This document shows positions 1 to 13,600 of a DNA stretch of 64,000 nt, one piece after another. This DNA comes from Botryllus schlosseri (Eukaryota), in NCBI GenBank assembly GCA_051294905.1, contig CM119372.1, positions 35,590,001-35,654,000 on the forward strand, given 5' to 3'. The translations under genes and the position numbers were made by a program. The notes below the pieces were generated by a model that ran no database searches, had not been told where the DNA came from, and worked only from the letters and a program-made list of their open reading frames with translations. Position 1 is the stretch's first letter; each line of letters opens with the position of its first letter.

Positions 1-1438
1 AACTCAACAATTTCGTGGGGCTGGCAAAATAATTTGAAATTTATTTTTAAATTTTACCGAATAAATTAAAAATTTTAGTTGGATCTGCATAGTCTTATAC
101 TTGTTTGAATTGAACCAAATTTGGTGTGCAGCGTTTTTTAGGGTAACCCGACAATTTAATGACTGAATGGATGGAATCCGGGAAAAAAAGTTATTTTTGA
201 ACAGCCCTAATGCATATGCATAGATCATGTGTATGTATATCAGGAGTCGTTTTATATGCGGCAAAAACATCAAAGACAAAAATGAACTATGTCCTATTCC
301 TATTCCTACCGCTACCTATATGAAATATGCCTGTCAAAATGATATACCGACACACCAACATATATCATTGATTCTGTATGGTATACTGTATATTTTGTTA
401 CCAGTCAATTTTATTCTGATAGCTTACCGTTTTTAATCAGTTGGAAAGCACCAGCGAGGGTCGAATTAGTCACTGATGGTACTAAAGTCTCCCGAAAAGC
501 AGATGAGGTCAAAGAAGTCACCATTGTTACTCAAGTAGTCGAAACAATATTAATACTTCTTCTTTCTACTCAATTCGGCCTCTAGTAGAAACCGCGGCTT
601 CAAAGGTATTTCTAATCTACTTCAAGCGGAAGTAGAAAAGGAAAGGTCCTCAAAGTACTCATGTTAGTAGTTATAACTAGTCTAATTGGTTTGTTTGTGG
701 TTTTCAGTATGTTAGTCGACTACCATGGTCATTTACACCAGACCAATTTTTTCACTCTTATTCCTTAGCTGCCGACCTGTAGCACGACCCACTTCTAGGC
801 TTCTGTAACACATCGCTTACACGGATGATATGGCGAGGAGGAGTCGAGAGGTCGCATACTTTTAGCTGTTATTGGGAGGTTACTATACTTACAAAATTGC
901 AAGATGGATTTTTGCGAAAAATATATTGACATTGATATGACATTGAGCTAAACTGTAATCCAAACTAATTACTGCGTTTTGAAATCCAAAATGCAGAAAG
1001 TAAGTAGTTTTGCTAGAGAAACTGTTGAGTAGCCTACAAAACTTCTAGATATAGTCTGAAAAAGTATCTACCTGACTAACTTATAGTTCATGCAAGCTGA
1101 ACTTGCCTTGGGACTGCAGAAAGTTTAAATTCTTCTGCGCAGACAGGGATGTCAAACTCACTTCGAGTCACGAGCTGGATTCACACCTTTCTATTCCTTG
1201 CGGTCCGGACGATTGTATTGATGCCAAAATGGTACGTTCAAATACATACCTTACTTTATCAGTTGGGCGTTAGTTATCAAGCCTCTACATCAGTGGTTCT
1301 CTTTTTTGGCTGACTCTCATTAGTAGCGAACGTCAGTGATAGGGTGAATCAAATTCCAAATATGAGAACTATTTTATCTGTATGACGTAATAATAACAGA
1401 AACAAACAACTAGTAGACGGGCAATATACCGTAATAAC

Positions 1439-3744
1439 CAGGGCTTTGGAGCAGCCGCAAATTTGCATTGCTCCAGCTCCGACTCCGGAGCTTTTTTCTA
1501 TCATACATTAGCTCCGGCTCCAGCTCCGGAGCCGCATTATCACCACTGCTCCGGATCCAGCTCCGGCTCCGGCTGTGAAAACTATCGAAGGTGTCTGTCT
1601 AAATCAAGGGTGGGCAACCCGCGGCCTGCGAGCCATATGTGGCCCGCGAGAAGGTTTTGAGTAGCCCGCGAGCTAATTTCCTATTATATTATCGAAATTC
1701 TGTTATATTATCGAAATTGAATTGCTCAGATTGTGAACTTGCAAGGCCAACCAAAAATATGATTAGTATGGCTGCGACACTTGGGATGTTGATGACTAAA
1801 ATATCAGTTCCGACGCATTGGCAGACCCAGGGTCCAGTCACATTTTTAGTAAATCGTCGCACATTACAATAAACTAAAAAAGTAGTAAAATTTTTCTTCA
1901 CACTTCGCGTGTTTAATTTTGACACGATTTCTTTCTCTGTAGCTTACCCCCACCTGAAAATAAAAAAATCCTGATTTAGCCGATTGAGTCTAACTATATT
2001 CGCCATTACGAGAGAAAGCCTTCTCGCGTTCACGCTCGCAGAAAGATCGTCGACGATGAAATATAGGCAAAAAATGATTGTCGTATGTTAGCGGAAATCT
2101 TCGATATGGATATGTCCAGATGCCGAATAGTCTTGAGCTGAGCACAGAAAGCGATATACAGTCTACCCACAATATACTCAAGTAATAATAATATTACCTT
2201 TGAAAATTTTACGCGCCTGGCGCGGCTAATGGGCAGCGCACTCGTTCGTCAATTTCATGTGGCCCTTTAGCCGAAAAGGTTGGCCATCCCTGGTCTATAT
2301 AGATTACTAATTTACCCGTAGGTTTGTTATCTATGGTAATCTAGAGTCTGTCAGCCATCAGTAACATCGGATGCAGCAACAAAGACATGGGTGGCCTGTG
2401 ACGTCATAATGAATACTTGGCAATTGTCGATAACATGACAATTGCACTAGAACGCACTTTATACACCATGCCATTGCTGTGTACAGCATTAAAATTCTGA
2501 TGGGGCGCTTTAACACTGGCACTGCACTCGTTAACATTAAGCCATACAGCTCAATTCAATCTTTAAATGTGCGATTATATTATTCAACTGTAACTGTGGT
2601 AAGAGCAATATGGGCGGATATCACGACATCATTAATAGAAATTCGATTTATACCAAATTGTTCAAATGGCCAATGGTTTGACGTTCGGTACTGGTGCACT
2701 CGTTACCAGTCCATCCGGTGTCGATCAAGTTTATTGGAATATAACATTTTCCCGTTTAAACGAATCGGATAATCGAATTAAACACTGCGCCATGCACATT
2801 GCACCATGCCCATAACGAATTAAACTATGCAGTAAGCACATTGCACAATGCACATTTACAAATCACAGTGCACGATAATCCGGGAATACTAGAGTATCAA
2901 GCATACATCAAGAACGAATTGGAAATCGCGATTCAAATCAGTAATTTGCCTCCAACATAAAATACCATGGGGTCCTGATATCGCATTGAGTAGCTCGCAC
3001 CGCTACAATTGTTTGCTGAGTGTAAAGGCGTTTTGGGCTACTCTTCTGCCATCCCCTATTCACGCTCGAAAATCCTCATTGGAGTGAATGACGATCATGC
3101 GCAGTAATGAATTCCAATTCGCATGTATAAATGCATACACAATGACACTGTCCAATGTCGCTGTCCGATTCAAGAACTATCACGAAAGAACGAGTATTTG
3201 CTCATCCGATTCCTAGCAACGATGAGATGGAATTTCTCGGCTCGTGCTCGTCATATTTACATGTGCAACGAAATCACGTTTTTATCCTGTCCCATTTCGA
3301 ATAATACATAGTGATCATTATTTTCGAACCGTACAATTGGCCAACAAGGTTGTACTGGTGATGAAATTGCGGGTATGCCGAATACCCAGAATATTCATAG
3401 GCATATTTAGCATACCAAGGTTCAGCAGTCATGTAGGAAAATTTAGCATTGAAAATATGACTGTTCTGCTGTTAAATCCCAAGGAACACGGTTAGTCGGA
3501 AAAGGTAGCGTCAAAGAGGAAAATCTTAATTTCGCGATGGTCTGCTGTTGAATTATCTGAAGTCAGCAGATATGGTTGTTGCATATAATAGCATCTTTTG
3601 AAATAAGTCGGAGCCGGAGCTCCCCCTCAAATAACTGGCTCCTGCTCCGGCTCCGGCTGAATTTTATGTAAAGCTTCGGCTCCAGCTCCGGTAAAAATGC
3701 ACGGCTCCGGGGCTCCGGCTCCGGGCTCCGGCTCCAAAGCCCTG
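1439..3744. mobile_element. hAT-type non-autonomous element with GCTCCG-rich subterminal repeats (duplicate at 8914-11219)
   Basis: Termini CAGGGCTTTGGAGC...GCTCCAAAGCCCTG; imperfect 8-bp TSD GTAATAAC/CTAGTAAC; arrays of GGCTCC at both ends. Confidence 0.75.
1605..2292. mobile_element. Nested hAT (Charlie/Buster-like) MITE (duplicate at 9080-9767)
   Basis: Termini CAAGGGTGGGCAACC...GGTTGGCCATCCCTG; TSD GTCTAAAT/GTCTATAT; GGCCCGCG subterminal motifs. Confidence 0.8.
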
Positions 3745-4731
3745 CTAGTAACGGTACAAAATAAACGTTAACGAGTACATATTCGGTTATAAATAACCGA
3801 GAACACAACACACAACATTTATGAAATATTTCAAGAGTGTAGAGGCGTTATGAGTTGATTCATCCGGAGCGCGAAAAGCTTTTACGACTAAACGAAACAT
3901 AACAACCCAATGGTTACGTGACAATTACCCACATCATCGGCAATGCCATGGTCACGTGTGTATATTTATCAGCTGTGAAGCAGTTCGAGCGATTTCAAGC
4001 TGCATATGGTAGCATGGTAGCATGTATACCTCATTTAAAAATGTATGAACTATTTTCCAAAATTACAAAAATATTCGCGGCACACCGGAGAATCTGTGGT
4101 GGCACACTAATGTGCCGCAACTTACAGTTTGGGAATCACTGCTCTACATAATAATTTTAATATTCATATTAAAAACACTTTTATTCGCACACAAATCAAA
4201 TGGATCAAATGGATGAATGGCCGATTGAATGCAGTTGTACACCGGTAATCGTAACCACAAACCGCGTCTAACTTCCGGGCAGCCACGATATAAGCTGCCA
4301 TATCATTATGATCCCGTCGTTTCTGTCGCAGTGCGGCGAGCTGGTATTGCGTATGCAAATTGACGAGTACAAAATATTAAACTGTAATCAAATTCGTTCA
4401 TTATAATAAAATTACCTATCAGGATGCTACGGAGGCCGGGTATCTTTTGAATTACAAGTTATACAGCAATACGACCACATATATTTGCATTATATCCTGT
4501 ATGTAACTATCATAATGTCTATTTGTAATTTGGATACAACGGTTCCGGATAGACGCCTACGCCTGTGTAATTTCCCGTGTATAATTGCCTTTTGGTCAGT
4601 TTTGTTAAATCTCTGAACCACATGGGCAATTTTCACCACTAAATTTGGTGTCGATCAGCCGCTTATTACTAAGGACGACTAGAGTTAGAATTTAATATTG
4701 CTTTCGGGTGGTTATAATGTGGCATCTAAGC

Positions 4732-5121
4732 TGGGGTTACCATATTTCGGCAATCTGAAAAGAGGACACTTTTTCAAAATTTTCAGACTTGCAATACTGG
4801 AGTAAAATCCTGAAAATGGTAAATTTTCACGAATCTGTGGTTGATTGAAAAATAGGTCAATTTCCCAGCTCAAATCCCGAATTCCGGCTTTCTCTGAAAT
4901 ATTTCCGTTGGTTGTCTAAAAATAAGGTCATTTTTCAGGCTCAAGTCCCGAAAACCCCGTTGGACCGTTCCTTGGCCGCCGATTCCCTATATCGCTGTCA
5001 ATTTCCACGCTCATTCAACCAAAATTCTCAAAATAAAAGACATTTAGGCGGCCTCCGAGGACACCTTCAAATAAGTCAAATAGGGGACAAATCCTCGTAA
5101 AAAGGACGTATGGTAACCTTA
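4732..5121. mobile_element. hAT-type MITE (duplicate at 12207-12596)
   Basis: Termini TGGGGTTACCATA...TATGGTAACCTTA; TSD ATCTAAGC/ATCTAAGG. Confidence 0.7.
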
Positions 5122-5784
5122 ATCTAAGGGTTCGACATTTGCTGTCTTGCGGGTTTATCCTACAACTATGCCATAAAAATGTTCTGTATAATACAAGTAT
5201 TTTTTTCATTTACTCAGAATTCCGATCTCGGGCCGCAGGAAATCTTCTGGAGGGCCCTATGTTTGACACCCGTGGCGAAGAATTTTCGATTGCCTTGCTA
5301 ATCGTTCAAGCGTCATGTAGTGTTGCATACAACTTATGGTAATAACTCCATTGTTTTATTCTGTACAGGCCCAGTAATATGGGGGCGGTAGACGTGCCGT
5401 CATATTTTATGGCAAAGGGGATTTGATCAACAGAAGGTAAAATTACACTGTTCTATAGCAAGGAAATGATTAATTAAATGAAAATATATATCTCGTGCAT
5501 GGTTTCGAGCAACTAAAACCCAGCTCTATACACCGTCCGCTCATGTCAATATTCAGGTTTTTATAATGGCGTATTTATGACTGCTCTTCAAAACTAACAT
5601 ACTTGCTTGATTAATTTTCCAGGACCGCGTGAAGTTGGCTTCTGCATGAAGTACTTTTAGACTGCTTCGAAAAGCTCTACTTCTACTCGTACTTGAGTCG
5701 AATTCTGCGTCACTATACTTCTAATTGAGTAACCTCTTTGATTATTTGACCACCAGTGCTTAGGCTTGATATTCTTACATAATA

Positions 5785-6150
5785 GAAGAGAGAGAGAGAG
5801 AGTCTTTATTAACATCGAACCAAAATACATAACAAACGGCAGTGATGGTGGTACAGAAAATATGCGTGCACAGTATTCGGTATTAGATAGGAATGATCGA
5901 TTAGACCGTGAAGGTCATCTAGTCTGATCACACCAGCATCAAACAGGTACACTTGACTCAGAACAGTCTGGCTGTAAAAAAATGTTTAGTTAGGAAAGGA
6001 AAATAGAAAAAAATTAAGCAATGGTAGCAAATGATCAATGAAGCAATGTCTGGGCGAGGTAGGGCAAGAAATAAAAACGAATTCATCCGAACCATCTAGG
6101 AGTGGAAATTCTATGGACGATAACTGTTATTGTCAGCGCGTTGTGTCGTC
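5785..6150 (-). mobile_element. 3' end fragment of a CR1/L2-like LINE (duplicate at ~13260-13625); 5' boundary approximate
   Basis: Minus strand ends AATAAAGA followed by (CT)n, the same tail architecture as the LINE ending at 46745. Confidence 0.55.
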
Positions 6151-6932
6151 ATATAAGCACGTCGAAGCATTAAGCGACGCCATCTGATCTCAGATTAGTG
6201 GCGAACGAAATATCGCATATGTAATCAATGCTTAGATCGAATATGTAATATGCAACTTCACGCTGTATCACTGGTAAACCCGTGTGTATAGCCGTGATGA
6301 GCGGGTAGTGCTTTTCGAGACTTCGAATCCCTCTGACAACTTTAGTGTCTGAGGAAAACTCCCTCCGACTCCGAAGAGTTCAATCCCAGACTCCGAGATA
6401 CTCCGATGAATCTCGTCAGTATCCGAAACACTGGCAAGCATGGTAATGTGTTTTACTAAATTATTGTGATAATTGGGTCGGCCTCAAAGTATTGTCTACT
6501 CTCCAGTCCCCGATTGCAGTGTAGATGGCTGATTTTTATGCACTTGGCAATCATTTCTGCATGTTACCCGTCATATTACAACTTTACAAGGTGTCAACTG
6601 ACTGTGTTTTGGTTTGTAATCATATTAAAGAGTGTATTCTGGTCAGGGCTATCCAAAGATATCGGAGACAAAAGTTAAATTATTAATTAATTGGAATATA
6701 CCTATATAAACAATGTACTCGTCGAGTACAGAGTCTTATGAAGTATGAAAAGCGGCCCGTCTACTCATTTTAATCCATAGACCTATGATTTATGCTACTA
6801 ATTCGATACCCTCTAATAACCGATATGATTAATTATATTCGTTTTTTTATTGAGCTAGTTTCAATGTTAACAACTGTAACTGCGTATTTGTATGCGATAT
6901 AATTTAACAATGGCATGTTCATTCATCTACAG

Positions 6933-7107
6933 ATGTCCCCATGTATCGATCAAGACCAACAACTGTCATGCCGAGTCTAGTGAACGCATGGTGTCTGATG
7001 CATGCGACGGAAAGTCGCAATGTCACCTCGCGGCTTCGAATTCCGTGTTCGGTGATCCGTGTGGCGGTACATTCAAGTACCTGCGAGTCAAACATCGGTG
7101 CTTCTGA
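6933..7107 (+). pseudogene. Orphan terminal exon of a rhamnose-binding lectin (SUEL domain C-terminal half)
   Basis: Acceptor TTCATCTACAG; encodes CPHVSIKTNNCHAESSERMVSDACDGKSQCHLAASNSVFGDPCGGTFKYLRVKHRCF*; same length (175 bp) and phase as exon 7 at 28256; AATAAA at 7196. No upstream YGR-containing exon found in 1-6677. Confidence 0.85.
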
Positions 7108-7320
7108 AGCGCGGACGAAATTGATGGATATTACGAATCTTTGTGACTTAGTAATCACTTCGTAACATACGGTCTTTGACTATTATCTTGTTTCGAATAA
7201 AACTGTCGAAAAGCAAGACAATCTAATCGTCGAGTCATGAAATCGCTTCGGTTGAGGAGTCAGTCGTAGAACGGGGCTCGAACACGATGCCAGCATGCTA
7301 TAGCTACTGCAAATGCATAT

Positions 7321-7684
7321 GCCCTAAAAAAACGCTGTATGTGAGTTTTTCGATGCTAATCCTTGGATTATACTTGATCGGTGGATAATCCGAGAATTAT
7401 CAATGAAAAACTCACATAACACCGCTTCTACTGGTCGGAATTGACTCAAATTTGCTTTGCACCGTCTTTGAAGACAACTCAACAATTTCGTGGGGCTGGC
7501 AAAATAATTTGAAATTTATTTTTAAATTTTACCGAATAAATTAAAAATTTTAGTTGGATCTGCATAGTCTTATACTTGTTTGAATTGAACCAAATTTGGT
7601 GTGCAGCGTTTTTTAGGGTAACCCGACAATTTAATGACTGAATGGATGGAATCCGGGAAAAAAAGTTATTTTTGAACAGCCCTA
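7321..7684. mobile_element. Partial MITE of the TAGGG...CCCTA hAT family (right part also at 1-209)
   Basis: Right end TTTTTGAACAGCCCTA resembles the element at 49821-50426; flanked by ATGCATAT at 7313-7320 and 7685-7692. Confidence 0.65.
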
Positions 7685-10600
7685 ATGCATATGCATAGAT
7701 CATGTGTATGTATATCAGGAGTCGTTTTATATGCGGCAAAAACATCAAAGACAAAAATGAACTATGTCCTATTCCTATTCCTACCGCTACCTATATGAAA
7801 TATGCCTGTCAAAATGATATACCGACACACCAACATATATCATTGATTCTGTATGGTATACTGTATATTTTGTTACCAGTCAATTTTATTCTGATAGCTT
7901 ACCGTTTTTAATCAGTTGGAAAGCACCAGCGAGGGTCGAATTAGTCACTGATGGTACTAAAGTCTCCCGAAAAGCAGATGAGGTCAAAGAAGTCACCATT
8001 GTTACTCAAGTAGTCGAAACAATATTAATACTTCTTCTTTCTACTCAATTCGGCCTCTAGTAGAAACCGCGGCTTCAAAGGTATTTCTAATCTACTTCAA
8101 GCGGAAGTAGAAAAGGAAAGGTCCTCAAAGTACTCATGTTAGTAGTTATAACTAGTCTAATTGGTTTGTTTGTGGTTTTCAGTATGTTAGTCGACTACCA
8201 TGGTCATTTACACCAGACCAATTTTTTCACTCTTATTCCTTAGCTGCCGACCTGTAGCACGACCCACTTCTAGGCTTCTGTAACACATCGCTTACACGGA
8301 TGATATGGCGAGGAGGAGTCGAGAGGTCGCATACTTTTAGCTGTTATTGGGAGGTTACTATACTTACAAAATTGCAAGATGGATTTTTGCGAAAAATATA
8401 TTGACATTGATATGACATTGAGCTAAACTGTAATCCAAACTAATTACTGCGTTTTGAAATCCAAAATGCAGAAAGTAAGTAGTTTTGCTAGAGAAACTGT
8501 TGAGTAGCCTACAAAACTTCTAGATATAGTCTGAAAAAGTATCTACCTGACTAACTTATAGTTCATGCAAGCTGAACTTGCCTTGGGACTGCAGAAAGTT
8601 TAAATTCTTCTGCGCAGACAGGGATGTCAAACTCACTTCGAGTCACGAGCTGGATTCACACCTTTCTATTCCTTGCGGTCCGGACGATTGTATTGATGCC
8701 AAAATGGTACGTTCAAATACATACCTTACTTTATCAGTTGGGCGTTAGTTATCAAGCCTCTACATCAGTGGTTCTCTTTTTTGGCTGACTCTCATTAGTA
8801 GCGAACGTCAGTGATAGGGTGAATCAAATTCCAAATATGAGAACTATTTTATCTGTATGACGTAATAATAACAGAAACAAACAACTAGTAGACGGGCAAT
8901 ATACCGTAATAACCAGGGCTTTGGAGCAGCCGCAAATTTGCATTGCTCCAGCTCCGACTCCGGAGCTTTTTTCTATCATACATTAGCTCCGGCTCCAGCT
9001 CCGGAGCCGCATTATCACCACTGCTCCGGATCCAGCTCCGGCTCCGGCTGTGAAAACTATCGAAGGTGTCTGTCTAAATCAAGGGTGGGCAACCCGCGGC
9101 CTGCGAGCCATATGTGGCCCGCGAGAAGGTTTTGAGTAGCCCGCGAGCTAATTTCCTATTATATTATCGGAATTCTGTTATATTATCGAAATTGAATTGC
9201 TCAGATTGTGAACTTGCAAGGCCAACCAAAAATATGATTAGTATGGCTGCGACACTTGGGATGTTGATGACTAAAATATCAGTTCCGACGCATTGGCAGA
9301 CCCAGGGTCCAGTCACATTTTTAGTAAATCGTCGCACATTACAATAAACTAAAAAAGTAGTAAAATTTTTCTTCACACTTCGCGTGTTTAATTTTGACAC
9401 GATTTCTTTCTCTGTAGCTTACCCCCACCTGAAAATAAAAAAATCCTGATTTAGCCGATTGAGTCTAACTATATTCGCCATTACGAGAGAAAGCCTTCTC
9501 GCGTTCACGCTCGCAGAAAGATCGTCGACGATGAAATATAGGCAAAAAATGATTGTCGTATGTTAGCGGAAATCTTCGATATGGATATGTCCAGATGCCG
9601 AATAGTCTTGAGCTGAGCACAGAAAGCGATATACAGTCTACCCACAATATACTCAAGTAATAATAATATTACCTTTGAAAATTTTACGCGCCTGGCGCGG
9701 CTAATGGGCAGCGCACTCGTTCGTCAATTTCATGTGGCCCTTTAGCCGAAAAGGTTGGCCATCCCTGGTCTATATAGATTACTAATTTACCCGTAGGTTT
9801 GTTATCTATGGTAATCTAGAGTCTGTCAGCCATCAGTAACATCGGATGCAGCAACAAAGACATGGGTGGCCTGTGACGTCATAATGAATACTTGGCAATT
9901 GTCGATAACATGACAATTGCACTAGAACGCACTTTATACACCATGCCATTGCTGTGTACAGCATTAAAATTCTGATGGGGCGCTTTAACACTGGCACTGC
10001 ACTCGTTAACATTAAGCCATACAGCTCAATTCAATCTTTAAATGTGCGATTATATTATTCAACTGTAACTGTGGTAAGAGCAATATGGGCGGATATCACG
10101 ACATCATTAATAGAAATTCGATTTATACCAAATTGTTCAAATGGCCAATGGTTTGACGTTCGGTACTGGTGCACTCGTTACCAGTCCATCCGGTGTCGAT
10201 CAAGTTTATTGGAATATAACATTTTCCCGTTTAAACGAATCGGATAATCGAATTAAACACTGCGCCATGCACATTGCACCATGCCCATAACGAATTAAAC
10301 TATGCAGTAAGCACATTGCACAATGCACATTTACAAATCACAGTGCACGATAATCCGGGAATACTAGAGTATCAAGCATACATCAAGAACGAATTGGAAA
10401 TCGCGATTCAAATCAGTAATTTGCCTCCAACATAAAATACCATGGGGTCCTGATATCGCATTGAGTAGCTCGCACCGCTACAATTGTTTGCTGAGTGTAA
10501 AGGCGTTTTGGGCTACTCTTCTGCCATCCCCTATTCACGCTCGAAAATCCTCATTGGAGTGAATGACGATCATGCGCAGTAATGAATTCCAATTCGCATG

Positions 10601-13600
10601 TATAAATGCATACACAATGACACTGTCCAATGTCGCTGTCCGATTCAAGAACTATCACGAAAGAACGAGTATTTGCTCATCCGATTCCTAGCAACGATGA
10701 GATGGAATTTCTCGGCTCGTGCTCGTCATATTTACATGTGCAACGAAATCACGTTTTTATCCTGTCCCATTTCGAATAATACATAGTGATCATTATTTTC
10801 GAACCGTACAATTGGCCAACAAGGTTGTACTGGTGATGAAATTGCGGGTATGCCGAATACCCAGAATATTCATAGGCATATTTAGCATACCAAGGTTCAG
10901 CAGTCATGTAGGAAAATTTAGCATTGAAAATATGACTGTTCTGCTGTTAAATCCCAAGGAACATGGTTAGTCGGAAAAGGTAGCGTCAAAGAGGAAAATC
11001 TTAATTTCGCGATGGTCTGCTGTTGAATTATCTGAAGTCAGCAGATATGGTTGTTGCATATAATAGCATCTTTTGAAATAAGTCGGAGCCGGAGCTCCCC
11101 CTCAAATAACTGGCTCCTGCTCCGGCTCCGGCTGAATTTTATGTAAAGCTTCGGCTCCAGCTCCGGTAAAAATGCACGGCTCCGGGGCTCCGGCTCCGGG
11201 CTCCGGCTCCAAAGCCCTGCTAGTAACGGTACAAAATAAACGTTAACGAGTACATATTCGGTTATAAATAACCGAGAACACAACACACAACATTTATGAA
11301 ATATTTCAAGAGTGTAGAGGCGTTATGAGTTGATTCATCCGGAGCGCGAAAAGCTTTTACGACTAAACGAAACATAACAACCCAATGGTTACGTGACAAT
11401 TACCCACATCATCGGCAATGCCATGGTCACGTGTGTATATTTATCAGCTGTGAAGCAGTTCGAGCGATTTCAAGCTGCATATGGTAGCATGGTAGCATGT
11501 ATACCTCATTTAAAAATGTATGAACTATTTTCCAAAATTACAAAAATATTCGCGGCACACCGGAGAATCTGTGGTGGCACACTAATGTGCCGCAACTTAC
11601 AGTTTGGGAATCACTGCTCTACATAATAATTTTAATATTCATATTAAAAACACCTTTATTCGCACACAAATCAAATGGATCAAATGGATGAATGGCCGAT
11701 TGAATGCAGTTGTACACCGGTAATCGTAACCACAAACCGCGTCTAACTTCCGGGCAGCCACGATATAAGCTGCCATATCATTATGATCCCGTCGTTTCTG
11801 TCGCAGTGCGGCGAGCTGGTATTGCGTATGCAAATTGACGAGTACAAAATATTAAACTGTAATCAAATTCGTTCATTATAATAAAATTACCTATCAGGAT
11901 GCTACGGAGGCCGGGTATCTTTTGAATTACAAGTTATACAGCAATACGACCACATATATTTGCATTATATCCTGTATGTAACTATCATAATGTCTATTTG
12001 TAATTTGGATACAACGGTTCCGGATAGACGCCTACGCCTGTGTAATTTCCCGTGTATAATTGCCTTTTGGTCAGTTTTGTTAAATCTCTGAACCACATGG
12101 GCAATTTTCACCACTAAATTTGGTGTCGATCAGCCGCTTATTACTAAGGACGACTAGAGTTAGAATTTAATATTGCTTTCGGGTGGTTATAATGTGGCAT
12201 CTAAGCTGGGGTTACCATATTTCGGCAATCTGAAAAGAGGACACTTTTTCAAAATTTTCAGACTTGCAATACTGGAGTAAAATCCTGAAAATGGTAAATT
12301 TTCACGAATCTGTGGTTGATTGAAAAATAGGTCAATTTCCCAGCTCAAATCCCGAATTCCGGCTTTCTCTGAAATATTTCCGTTGGTTGTCTAAAAATAA
12401 GGTCATTTTTCAGGCTCAAGTCCCGAAAACCCCGTTGGACCGTTCCTTGGCCGCCGATTCCCTATATCGCTGTCAATTTCCACGCTCATTCAACCAAAAT
12501 TCTCAAAATAAAAGACATTTAGGCGGCCTCCGAGGACACCTTCAAATAAGTCAAATAGGGGACAAATCCTCGTAAAAAGGACGTATGGTAACCTTAATCT
12601 AAGGGTTCGACATTTGCTGTCTTGCGGGTTTATCCTACAACTATGCCATAAAAATGTTCTGTATAATACAAGTATTTTTTTCATTTACTCAGAATTCCGA
12701 TCTCGGGCCGCAGGAAATCTTCTGGAGGGCCCTATGTTTGACACCCGTGGCGAAGAATTTTCGATTGCCTTGCTAATCGTTCAAGCGTCATGTAGTGTTG
12801 CATACAACTTATGGTAATAACTCCATTGTTTTATTCTGTACAGGCCCAGTAATATGGGGGCGGTAGACGTGCCGTCATATTTTATGGCAAAGGGGATTTG
12901 ATCAACAGAAGGTAAAATTACACTGTTCTATAGCAAGGAAATGATTAATTAAATGAAAATATATATCTCGTGCATGGTTTCGAGCAACTAAAACCCAGCT
13001 CTATACACCGTCCGCTCATGTCAATATTCAGGTTTTTATAATGGCGTATTTATGACTGCTCTTCAAAACTAACATACTTGCTTGATTAATTTTCCAGGAC
13101 CGCGTGAAGTTGGCTTCTGCATGAAGTACTTTTAGACTGCTTCGAAAAGCTCTACTTCTACTCGTACTTGAGTCGAATTCTGCGTCACTATACTTCTAAT
13201 TGAGTAACCTCTTTGATTATTTGACCACCAGTGCTTAGGCTTGATATTCTTACATAATAGAAGAGAGAGAGAGAGAGTCTTTATTAACATCGAACCAAAA
13301 TACATAACAAACGGCAGTGATGGTGGTACAGAAAATATGCGTGCACAGTATTCGGTATTAGATAGGAATGATCGATTAGACCGTGAAGGTCATCTAGTCT
13401 GATCACACCAGCATCAAACAGGTACACTTGACTCAGAACAGTCTGGCTGTAAAAAAATGTTTAGTTAGGAAAGGAAAATAGAAAAAAATTAAGCAATGGT
13501 AGCAAATGATCAATGAAGCAATGTCTGGGCGAGGTAGGGCAAGAAATAAAAACGAATTCATCCGAACCATCTAGGAGTGGAAATTCTATGGACGATAACT

